Assembly: GCA_038231135.1 (NCBI GenBank)
Contig: JBBRLX010000003.1
Coordinates: 1-64,000 of the forward strand
DNA length: 64,000 bases
Direction: 5' to 3'
From: Candidatus Eiseniibacteriota bacterium
Lineage (GTDB): Bacteria > Eisenbacteria > RBG-16-71-46
In this document: positions 21,101-29,202 of the stretch, one piece after another
Layout: each line of letters starts with the position of its first letter
Numbering within the stretch: the first letter of the stretch is position 1
Notes under the pieces: model-generated
Told to the model about the DNA's origin: nothing
The model's input: the letters and a program-made list of their open reading frames with translations, nothing else
Databases searched by the model: none
Translations under genes and position numbers: made by a program

Positions 21101-21327
21101 CGGGCGTACCACCGCTCCGCCATGCGCCCGGCCTGATCGACGATCCGGGCTTCCTCCGGGTAGTAGTACACGTCGAAATGTTCGGTGCGGAGGATCTTGA
21201 ACTGGAAGGTGCGGTACAGCACCTTGTTGCGGCCGAAGTACTGGGCGTGGGCGGTGGTGACGCCCAAGCACGCGCCGCAGATCGCTGCCGACAGAACGAG
21301 CCCTACGGTCGCACTGCGTAGAAACAT
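18118..21327 (-). CDS. Outer-membrane protein: zincin-like (HExxH) domain + TolB/PD40 propeller + Omp85/BamA-type barrel
   Basis: Signal peptide then AQYFGRNKV. HELTH...WFIEGMAE. SPDG/WSPD repeats. LVRGY...LFGSRLAVGNIELRIP...PFFDAG barrel motifs. C-terminal Trp. Confidence 0.8.
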   Translation of the reverse strand: MFLRSATVGLVLSAAICGACLGVTTAHAQYFGRNKVLYRTFQFKILRTEHFDVYYYPEEARIVDQAGRMAERWYARLSRVLGHDLSNRQALILYASHTHFEQTNAIPGELEEGTGGVTESLKRRIVLPVGASLAETDHVIGHELTHAFQYDMTGRSQGSQPAIQRLPLWFIEGMAEYMSIGPVDPHTAMWMRDAAYHNHLPTIEKLSDPHYFPYRFGHALWAYIGQRWGDRAVAEVMRSAARGGEVNLAFSSQLGMNSDSLSREWQRSLRALANQVPRRDPGQDGHALVKNRGDVGRYNLAPSVSPDGSRMMFLSERDLYTMDLYLADAHSGRILRKLTRATVDPHLQSLEFVSGSGAWSPDSRSFAFSTVRNGEASITVVNATSGRMTHAYQLPQVDEVLSLSWSPDGTTLAFSALVHGESDLYTLKLAGGEPERLTEDLYADLQPSWSPDGRTIAFSTERFSTNLDSLAVGSLRLATIEPATGTIRELPHIEGAKHINPQWSADGNSIYAVVDRGGISNVYRLDIASGDWSQVTTVSSGVSGITAYSPAFSVARDADRMVFAGYDNGTYNLYSVDSLSHRNTPLRDLPTPNPASLIADVPVEPPLPLAHRMAPPDSALKDRQPPMLIPRSRTSMFDDTSLPPVVTANDTSTAWRTRVAGPDAPRVATLIGDTRFGRTDTSSFQHSRYRPSLTLDKVSQVEVGFGSTGTGVAGVGGAALYWSDMLGDHNLDTYLQLSSDGSDFTRNIAAVADYTNLRSRLNWGFELSQLPYITRQITQDIDPVSGYLRQQDVRFWQTERRAAATIAYPFSRSERVEMSAGYQSLEFAAQVETRIINPDGTIQSDNTSNLQTGLPRVDLAVGNIAWVHDNSFFGGTSPIAGSRGRFSLEPVTGDLHYTGVLADWRSYLMPRKPWTIAVRGLHYGRYGSDAEAGVLSPLFLGYPNLVRGYDDGSFSLDEVSQSPTYGQLFGSRLAVGNIELRIPLVGAFGLFNTPGVPPVELAPFFDAGVAWNSGGSPSFSGSGHTGVTSQGLAMRANLFGFLIGELDYVHPNDRPGKSWYWQFSVQPGW

Positions 21328-21540
21328 GGGGTCCTCGAAACGCGAAACCGGTCGGAGCCGCGACGGGCTTCGGCGGGGTGGTACGATCCGGTCTACGCAG
21401 CCAGGAAACACGTAACAGTTGGATTCCCGAGCCCAACCCAAGTTCTGCTATTCTGCGTCCTGAAATGTCACCTTCCGGATAATGATACGCCACGGAGCGT
21501 CGCGCCACCCCATGGGTTTGATCGAGCTTTGCCAACCGTG

Positions 21541-23577
21541 ATGGACTGCCCGCCCGCCCGCGGGACTCGCGCGCCGCGGCTGCCGCTGTGCGCCGCCGTC
21601 GGCTGGCTCCTGGTGCTGCCCGCCGGCGCCGCCGCGGCCCCGCCGCCCGATTCGGTCGCGGTGACGCTGCCCGTCGTCGAAGTGGGTGCGCTGCGCGGCC
21701 ATGACGCGATGCGCGACATCCCCGCCACCACGTTCGTGATCCCGCACGACCAGTTGCAGCGGATCGGCAGTGGCCGGATCGCGGCTGCGCTGGCCACCCT
21801 GCCCGGGCTCAACGGGTATCGCGCCACCGGCAGCGGGGAGCCGTCGGTGATCGATCCCCGCGGGTTCAGCGCCAGCGGCGAGAGCTCGTATCTCAAGGTG
21901 CTCGTCGATGGCCAGGACGTTCGTGACGTCGAGAACGGCAACGTCGACTGGGACTGGCTGCCCACCGATGCGGTGGACCGCGTCGAGGTCGTGCAAGGTT
22001 CCGGCGCGTGGCTCTACGGCGACGGCTCGGAAGGCGGCGTCGTCAATCTGGTGCGCCGCGACGCGAACCCGGGCTGGCGCCCGTTCGCGACCGTGAGCGG
22101 CGGCAGCTTCGGACTGCGCGGCGGCAACCTGTCGGTCGCCGACGCCGGCTCGAACTGGAGCAGCGGCCTGCGGGGCGGCGCCCGCCACGCGGACGGCTGG
22201 CGCGACCGCAGCGAGGAGGACGCGTATACGGCGGGCGCGAGCGCGACGCTGCGACCGGGCCCGCATGCCGAATTTGGCCTGGACGCGGCGTGGCTCGACT
22301 CGCGGCGCGAGGATCCGGGCTCGCTCACGCTCGACCAGCTGCGCGCCGATCCGACCCAGGCGGAAACCTCGACGGACTACCTGCACACGCGCCGCCTGGT
22401 GCTCGGCGCCCATCTGGCGTCGGCGCCCGCGGCCGTGAGCCGCTGGCGGCTCGCGCCCTATCTGCGGCTGGAACGCACCGACGGGATCCAGACGATCTTC
22501 TTCACTCCCGAGTCCCATCCCACCGCCGCCTCGACCGCCGGCACCGAACTGACGTGGCAGCACCCGCTGGGTCGCGGCGCGCGAGCCTGGACGGCCGATG
22601 TCGGGGGGCAGGCCGAGCGGGCCCGGCTCCGGGCCGACTATCGCCAGCCGTCCGATTCCCAGCTGGAGACGCGCACCGACGGGCGCCGCACCAGCGGTGC
22701 GGTGTTCGGGGGACTGCGGGGCCCGATCACACCAGTGATCACGGCACGGCTCGGATTGCGGCTCGATGCGATCCGGCTCGGACCCCTCGACCGCCTGGGC
22801 GCCGCGTCCATCGGGACCCGCACGGTGTCGCAGGCGAGCCCGTTCGTCGCGCTGTCCGGCACGGTCGGCCGCACGGGAACGGTGTACGGCAGCTTTGGCA
22901 CCGGGTTCCGGGTGCCCACTCTGCATCAGCTCTACGACGCGCGGCCGTTCTTCGATCCCTCGAGCCAGCAGACGATCTTCATCTCGAATCCCGATCTCGA
23001 GCCGCAACGCTCGATCGGCGTCGAGCTGGGCGCGCGCTCAGACCGTGCCGACGGCTCGTGGGCGGCGCTCAGCGTCTACTCGGTGCGGGTGCGCGACGAG
23101 ATCGACTTCGACCTCGGCCGGTTCTCCTACGCGAACCTGGGCCGCAGCTGGCACCGCGGCGTCGAGTTCGGCACCTGGCAGCGCCTGCCGGCGAAATTCG
23201 CCGCGACGCTGAACGGCGCCTGGACACCCACCACGATCGTGGGCGGCGACAACGACGGCCGGCAGATCAACGGCGTGCCCCAGGGCATGGCCTACGGCGC
23301 GCTGAGCTGGGCGTGGCAGACCCACGCGACCGTCGAGGCCGGGGTCCGCTACACCGGCAAGCAATGGCTCGACAAGGCGAACCAGCAGGTGCTGCCGGAT
23401 TTCGCGACCGCGGAGCTGGCGCTGACCGCGCGGCGCGGCGGCGTGAACGCGACCGCGCGCGTAGCAAATCTGCTGGATCGTCGCTACGCGGATTCCGGAT
23501 TCATCGGCGCGCTCGGCGACGAGCGGTTCCTGCCTGCCTCGGGCCGCCGGTTCTCGGTGGCGATCTCACTGGAGTGA
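21541..23577 (+). CDS. TonB-dependent receptor
   Basis: Plug motif PRGF...VLVDG...VDRVEVVQGSGAWLYG...GGVVNL. Barrel motifs FRVPTLHQLY, NPDLEPQ, NLLDRRY. Confidence 0.9.
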   Translation: MDCPPARGTRAPRLPLCAAVGWLLVLPAGAAAAPPPDSVAVTLPVVEVGALRGHDAMRDIPATTFVIPHDQLQRIGSGRIAAALATLPGLNGYRATGSGEPSVIDPRGFSASGESSYLKVLVDGQDVRDVENGNVDWDWLPTDAVDRVEVVQGSGAWLYGDGSEGGVVNLVRRDANPGWRPFATVSGGSFGLRGGNLSVADAGSNWSSGLRGGARHADGWRDRSEEDAYTAGASATLRPGPHAEFGLDAAWLDSRREDPGSLTLDQLRADPTQAETSTDYLHTRRLVLGAHLASAPAAVSRWRLAPYLRLERTDGIQTIFFTPESHPTAASTAGTELTWQHPLGRGARAWTADVGGQAERARLRADYRQPSDSQLETRTDGRRTSGAVFGGLRGPITPVITARLGLRLDAIRLGPLDRLGAASIGTRTVSQASPFVALSGTVGRTGTVYGSFGTGFRVPTLHQLYDARPFFDPSSQQTIFISNPDLEPQRSIGVELGARSDRADGSWAALSVYSVRVRDEIDFDLGRFSYANLGRSWHRGVEFGTWQRLPAKFAATLNGAWTPTTIVGGDNDGRQINGVPQGMAYGALSWAWQTHATVEAGVRYTGKQWLDKANQQVLPDFATAELALTARRGGVNATARVANLLDRRYADSGFIGALGDERFLPASGRRFSVAISLE

Positions 23578-23638
23578 CGATGCCGGCGCTCGAGGTTCAG
23601 AGCACGGGCCCGCGCGATGCGCCCCCGCGGGCCGGCGC

Positions 23639-25339
23639 ATGGCGCTGATCGAACGGCTGGCCGCCCGAGCCGAGCCGTGGTGGCCGCGATCCGTCACCTG
23701 CCTGCGCGAATTCGGGCTGTCGACGCTCCCCAACGACGCGGTGGCAGGCATCACCGTGGGCCTCGTGGCGTTGCCGCTGGCGATGGCGTTCGCGATTTCG
23801 TCGGGGATGCCGCCGCAGTCGGGGATCTACACCGCGATCGTCGCAGGCCTGCTGATCTCGGCGCTCGGAGGCTCGCGCACCCAGATCGGGGGACCGACGG
23901 GTGCGTTCGTGGTGGTGGTGTCGGGAATCGTCGCGGTCCATGGCGTCGACGGCCTGTTCATGTGCACGGCGATGGCCGGCGTGATGCTGGTGATCCTCGG
24001 CGCCACCGGCATGGGGACCGCCGTGAAGTTCATCCCGCGCCCGGTGGTGATCGGGTTCACGAACGGGATCGCCGTGCTGATCGCGAGCACCCAGCTGCGC
24101 GACCTGTTCGGCCTCCCGATCCCGCACCCGTCGAGCGTATTCCTGCCGCGGTTGATCGAGGTGGCGCACGCCCTGCCCGGGCTGTCGTCGTCGACGACGC
24201 TGCTGGGGCTGGGCGCGCTCGCGATCCTTCTCGTGCTGCCGCGACGCTGGCCGCGGGTGCCCGGCGCGATCGTAACGCTGGTGCTGGGCGCGGCCGCGGT
24301 GGCGTGGTGGAAGCTGCCGGTGGAGACGATCGGCACGCGGTTCGGCGGCATTCCCTCGGGGCTGCCCGCGATCCGCCTGCCGCACTTCCGTCCCGAGCTG
24401 ATCCACGCGTTGATGTCCCCGGCGCTCACCGTCACGATGCTCGGCGCCATCGAGTCGCTGCTGTCGGCGACGGTTGCGGACCGCATGAGCGGCGACCGCC
24501 ACAATCCCAACGTCGAGCTGGTGGCGCAGGGCATCGCGAACATGGTTTCGCCGTTGTTCGGCGGCCTGCCGGCCACCGGGGCGATCGCCCGCACCGCCAC
24601 GAACATCCGGGCCGGGGCCAGGACGCCGCTCGCCGGCATGATTGCGGCGCTCGCGGTGCTCGCCGTGATCCTGTTCGCGGCGCCGCTCGCCCGCTGGGTG
24701 CCGCTCAGCGTGCTGTCCGCGATCCTGCTCGTGGTCGCCTGGAACATGGGAGAGTGGTATGAAATCCCCCGGCTGCTCGAGCTGAGCCGGGCCGACGTGA
24801 GCGTGTGGGCGGTGACGTTCGCGCTCACCGTGTTCGCGGACCTCACGGTTGCCGTCGAGGCCGGCATGATCCTGGCGGCCCTCCTGTTCATCCGGAAGAT
24901 CGCCGCCACCACCTCGGTGCTGGCGGTGACTCCCGAGGACCTCGAGAGCTCCCGCGCGCATGCCCTGCACGAACAGTCGATCCCGGCCGAGGTGGCGGTG
25001 TTCCGGGTGCATGGCCCGTTGCTGTTCGGCACCGCCGACAAGGTGAGGTCGATCGCGGACCGCATCGATTCGATGCCCGTCATCGTGGTCGTCAAACTGA
25101 GAGACATGTCAGCGCTGGACGCCACCGGGCTCCAGGCGATTCACGATCTGGCGGTGCGGCTGGGCCATTCCGGACGGACGCTGATCCTGTGCGGCGCGCG
25201 CAGCCAGCCTGCGGAGTTGCTGACGCGCGGTGGCGTCGTCGATCTCGTGGGTCACGAGAACTTCTGCGCCGACACCGGCGCCGCCATGCACCGCGCCCGG
25301 GCCCTGATCGCGCACGCCGGGCGGCAGGCCGCGATCTGA
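23639..25339 (+). CDS. SulP family anion/dicarboxylate transporter with STAS domain
   Basis: DAVAGITVGLVALPLAMAFA, QIGGPTGAF, PATGAIARTATN and STAS GPLLFG...LDATG. Confidence 0.93.
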   Translation: MALIERLAARAEPWWPRSVTCLREFGLSTLPNDAVAGITVGLVALPLAMAFAISSGMPPQSGIYTAIVAGLLISALGGSRTQIGGPTGAFVVVVSGIVAVHGVDGLFMCTAMAGVMLVILGATGMGTAVKFIPRPVVIGFTNGIAVLIASTQLRDLFGLPIPHPSSVFLPRLIEVAHALPGLSSSTTLLGLGALAILLVLPRRWPRVPGAIVTLVLGAAAVAWWKLPVETIGTRFGGIPSGLPAIRLPHFRPELIHALMSPALTVTMLGAIESLLSATVADRMSGDRHNPNVELVAQGIANMVSPLFGGLPATGAIARTATNIRAGARTPLAGMIAALAVLAVILFAAPLARWVPLSVLSAILLVVAWNMGEWYEIPRLLELSRADVSVWAVTFALTVFADLTVAVEAGMILAALLFIRKIAATTSVLAVTPEDLESSRAHALHEQSIPAEVAVFRVHGPLLFGTADKVRSIADRIDSMPVIVVVKLRDMSALDATGLQAIHDLAVRLGHSGRTLILCGARSQPAELLTRGGVVDLVGHENFCADTGAAMHRARALIAHAGRQAAI

Positions 25340-25409
25340 AACACAGCGACCACCCCATTGAGGGGTGGCCGCATGGTAAGGACGTGCCGGGATCCCGGGT
25401 CGTTCGATA

Positions 25410-28349
25410 TCAGCGCATGAGGACGATGGCCTGCGACGACCTGGCCCCCTGCTGGGCCAGCCGCACGAAGTAGGGTCCGTTCGCCACCGGGCGGCCCGCC
25501 GCGTCGCGGCCATCCCAGTTCGAGGAGTGGCGCCCGGCTTCCTGATTCCCGGCCACCAGCGAGCGCACCAGGCGGCCCTGGATGTCGAACACCGCCAGCG
25601 TCACCGGTCCGCGCGACGCCAGGGAGTACACCAATTGGGTCGAACCGCGGAACGGATTCGGGCTCGCCGGCGCGAGCTGGAACACCGCCGCCGGCGCATG
25701 GTCGTCCACACCGACGCTGGTGGGGAACGCGTAAAGTGCGAAGTCGTCGACCGCGGCCTCCACGATCGACGGAAAGGTGAGGTCGTCGGTGGCCACGAAG
25801 CGCATTTTCATGTTGTTCGTTGGCGTCACGTAGTCCTTGATCGAGAACATCACGCGCCGCCAGGACTGGTCGGTCTCGAGCGTGTTCTCGACCGGCGTCC
25901 AGGTCGAGCCGCCGTTGTTCGAAATATCGACCTTCCACGGGTCCTGGCCGGGATTGTCGCCGCCATTGTTCGAATACCAGCGCCAGTAGCTGACGACGGG
26001 GCGGATCAGGCCGCCCGCCGTGGCATCGAACGTCGAGGACGTGAGCGTGGTCTTGCCGCCATCCACGTCGTTGACGGCCGGAGGGTCGTCGGGCAGCGCG
26101 TTGCCGGTGACGTAACACAGCGTGCCGTTCGGCGAGTGATCCGCGCCCGGCTGCACCGCCGAGCCCACCGGCACCGCCCGAATCCAAATGCCGGTCGTCG
26201 CCGCGTCGCCTGCGGCGCCGACGGTCCATCCGAGGTCGTTGTCGAAATCGTTCTCGAGCAGCGTCGAGAACGGACCGCCGATGAAGCTGAAGTAGCGTCC
26301 CGGCGCGCCGGCCGGCTGAGTCTTGACGCCGCCGTCGATCGTGCTCGCGCGCACGTAGCAGCGGATCACCGCCGACGCCTGCGCCGGCACCTGGGCGCCG
26401 TATTCGTCGGGGTTGCCGGTGGGGAACATCGGTGCCGAGGTGAACGCGGCGCCGTTGATGGAGTAGAACAGCCGCGGCGAGGTCACATCGAGCCCGCCGA
26501 ACGTGCCGTTGTAGGAGATCGTGGCCGTGACCGGGAACGGGCCGGTGTTCGGCTGGTCGTCCGCGACGACGTCGATGCCGATGAAGTAGTTCGTGCCAAT
26601 CCCATGATTGTTGAACGCGGCGACGATCTGGTTGTAATGGGGGGTGCCGTCGGAAAGATTGCCGTTGTTGTCGTCGGCGACCAGGACGTCGACGAAGTAC
26701 TCGTTGAACGCGACGCCGTCGTCGTTATCGTCGGCCAGACCGTACTTGGCGTAATGCATCAACCGGCCGGCGGTCGCGAGCCCCAACGACTGCCGCAGCT
26801 CCCACATCGCGCCGGCCAGGATCTCACCGGTCTCCTGCGGATCCACCGCGTTCCAATCTTGCGGCCACTGGCGGGTGTTCAGGCAGGTGCGGAGACTCGT
26901 GCCGGGGCCAAACAGGCCGCTGCCGATCACCGGATTGTCGATCATGTACGAGTCATAGACGTCGGCCAGCCCTTCGGAGAGTGGCTGGTTGGCCAGGCCC
27001 TGGGGTCTGCCGTGGGCTACGTACAGGTTGTCGTTCACGGCGTGGCCGTACTCGTGATACACGAGATCGGCGGTGCTGGCGGTGTTCGGGCAGCCACTGC
27101 CGGCCGAGAGCAGGCTCAGCGAGTTCGTGCCGAAATCCCAGAACGCGTTGCAGTTGTCGCTCAGGTCCGTGTAGGTGGTGAGCGGGTAATCGTTGGCGGT
27201 GTAGGTGGGGTCGAGCGTCTTGACGTAGCTGTGGGCGCGGTTCACGTGATAGAACGCATCGCGCTCCGACTGCTGGGAGTTGGTGGACAGCCACGCGATG
27301 TTCGTCGGCGACGACGACGTGCTCTTCGAGAAGCTGCCGTCGCCGGTTGGGCACACATCGCTCACGCACCGGTCGACATTGCAGTACGGACCGAGGAACG
27401 CCGACGTCACCACGACCGTGCCGGTCGAAGCTCCGGAGTAGTTGCCGAGGCTGTCGGTGTTGACGGCCAGCGCGCCGATGTTCACGGTGGCACTGCGCAG
27501 CGGCTTGGTCTGGAGCGGGTCGGTCGGCAGCAGCGGGTGAACGGTGGCGTTGACGTTGCCCGTCATGAGATGCCGCAGCATGGAGCTGCGCTGGACGATC
27601 TCGCCGTTGGCGGCGTCGACCAGCGTGTACCAGCTCTGGCGCGGGTCCATCGTGATCACATGCAGCTCGTAGACCAGCCGGAAGTTCGTGGCGCCGCCGC
27701 GGTTCACGGGCAGGATGTACAGCCGGTCGCCGTCGACCCGGTCGCGCGCCGCGTCGAACGCGAGGCCGCGCTTGGCGGCCTCGCGAGCGACCGACAGCGG
27801 GATGCGCGGGCTCGTCACGAGGCCTGTGGGAACCGCGTAGTGATCGGCGCCGAACGCCATCAGGTTGCCGTTCACCGCCACGCGGAACTCCCAGTCCGCG
27901 TTCAGCACCGGCACGCCCGACACCATCTGCTGATACCGCACGTACCAGACGTTCCCCGCCCGGTGCGTGTCGGTCAGCGCGAGCTGGGGAGCGCTGCCGA
28001 GCAGCGGAGCGTTCTGCGCGACGAAATCGCGCACCGACCGGTCCACCGCCGTGGCGTCGTCGCGGAATCCGGTCAGCGGAATGGCGCGGCCGAACGCCCG
28101 GTGCGGCGTGTGGGTGGCCTCGTTCCAGCTTGCGGTCCAGGTTCCGTAGCGATGCTGGAACGAACTCCAGGCCGGGGCCTGGGACAGCTGGCGCTGCACG
28201 GCGGGACGCGGCTCACGCAGCACTCGGTCGGCGATCGTGCCGATCGCACCTTCGGAATCCGAGCCCACTCGCACGTATGCGCCGGCGATCGATGCGGTGA
28301 CGGCGAGGCCGAAGGGGATCATCCAGACGAATCGTCCCGGCGACGTCAT
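25410..28349 (-). CDS. Secreted thermolysin/fungalysin-like (M4/M36) metallopeptidase with propeptide and C-terminal FlgD-Ig/CTD-like domain
   Basis: FTP-like (VRYQQMVSGVPV) and PepSY-like (VDAANGEIV) propeptide. NAFW, HEYGH, LSEGLAD. C-terminal PNPF...FDIQGRLVR...WDG...GPYFVRL. Confidence 0.82.
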   Translation of the reverse strand: MTSPGRFVWMIPFGLAVTASIAGAYVRVGSDSEGAIGTIADRVLREPRPAVQRQLSQAPAWSSFQHRYGTWTASWNEATHTPHRAFGRAIPLTGFRDDATAVDRSVRDFVAQNAPLLGSAPQLALTDTHRAGNVWYVRYQQMVSGVPVLNADWEFRVAVNGNLMAFGADHYAVPTGLVTSPRIPLSVAREAAKRGLAFDAARDRVDGDRLYILPVNRGGATNFRLVYELHVITMDPRQSWYTLVDAANGEIVQRSSMLRHLMTGNVNATVHPLLPTDPLQTKPLRSATVNIGALAVNTDSLGNYSGASTGTVVVTSAFLGPYCNVDRCVSDVCPTGDGSFSKSTSSSPTNIAWLSTNSQQSERDAFYHVNRAHSYVKTLDPTYTANDYPLTTYTDLSDNCNAFWDFGTNSLSLLSAGSGCPNTASTADLVYHEYGHAVNDNLYVAHGRPQGLANQPLSEGLADVYDSYMIDNPVIGSGLFGPGTSLRTCLNTRQWPQDWNAVDPQETGEILAGAMWELRQSLGLATAGRLMHYAKYGLADDNDDGVAFNEYFVDVLVADDNNGNLSDGTPHYNQIVAAFNNHGIGTNYFIGIDVVADDQPNTGPFPVTATISYNGTFGGLDVTSPRLFYSINGAAFTSAPMFPTGNPDEYGAQVPAQASAVIRCYVRASTIDGGVKTQPAGAPGRYFSFIGGPFSTLLENDFDNDLGWTVGAAGDAATTGIWIRAVPVGSAVQPGADHSPNGTLCYVTGNALPDDPPAVNDVDGGKTTLTSSTFDATAGGLIRPVVSYWRWYSNNGGDNPGQDPWKVDISNNGGSTWTPVENTLETDQSWRRVMFSIKDYVTPTNNMKMRFVATDDLTFPSIVEAAVDDFALYAFPTSVGVDDHAPAAVFQLAPASPNPFRGSTQLVYSLASRGPVTLAVFDIQGRLVRSLVAGNQEAGRHSSNWDGRDAAGRPVANGPYFVRLAQQGARSSQAIVLMR

Positions 28350-28752
28350 GACTCCTCCTTGCGATGGGGGTGCTCGGTGGCGGAATTCGAAATGGCGTTC
28401 GGCCGGATGAACCGTACGTCCGTCGTCGTATGTCGGTCGTGCGTACTGGGAGGGTACCCATTGTGCCGGTTGGCGGACACGGAGTCAGGGGGGCCTGGGC
28501 ACTCACGACTATCTCACTTTGATTACCGTTGCTTCAACGGCAATATGAGGTTTCAAGGGCTTTCAGAGCACGATTTTGCACGATTCGACGGCGCCCGTTG
28601 CAGAATGCCCGGCAGGGTCCGGCGTCGCCCCCTGGCGACCCGCGGCGGCGCCATCGGTGGTTTCCGAGCCGGCCTGTGGCATGCTGCGCCGGTGGTGGCC
28701 GGACCATCCCGGCGTTCCCCTATCCCAGGGTTCTCATGGCCCAGGAGGCAGC

Positions 28753-29154
28753 GTGCTCAAGGACTTCCGGAAGTTCCTGCTCCAGACGAATGCTCTGGCC
28801 CTGGCGGTGGGTGTCATCATCGGCGCCGCGGTCGGCAAGGTCGTCAGCTCGCTGGTGAGCGACATCCTGATGCCGGTCATCGGCATCGCCATGCCTGGCG
28901 GGGCCTGGCGGGACTTGAAGATCGTACTCAGCCTGAAGCCCGACGGCAGCGTCGCCAACGCCATCACCTACGGCGCGTTCCTCGGCAACGTGATCGACTT
29001 CGTGATCGTGGCGTTCGTCGTATTCATGATCACCAAAGCGCTGCTGAAGCCCGAGCCCGCTCCGGCTGCGGCTCCAACCAAGGTGTGCCCGTTCTGCCGC
29101 GAGGCGATTCCCCGGGACGCCACCAAGTGCCGGGCCTGCGCGAGCGCCGTCTGA
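28753..29154 (+). CDS. mscL: Large-conductance mechanosensitive channel with C-terminal zinc-ribbon
   Basis: DFRKFLL...LAVGVIIGAA...LVSDILMP...YGAFLGNVIDFVIVAF, tail CPFC-x10-CxxC. AGGAGG RBS, GTG start. Confidence 0.9.
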   Translation: MLKDFRKFLLQTNALALAVGVIIGAAVGKVVSSLVSDILMPVIGIAMPGGAWRDLKIVLSLKPDGSVANAITYGAFLGNVIDFVIVAFVVFMITKALLKPEPAPAAAPTKVCPFCREAIPRDATKCRACASAV

Positions 29155-29202
29155 CTTTCGTGATAGGCTCCCGCGGTTCCCACACTCGATCCCACCAGGA
29201 CC

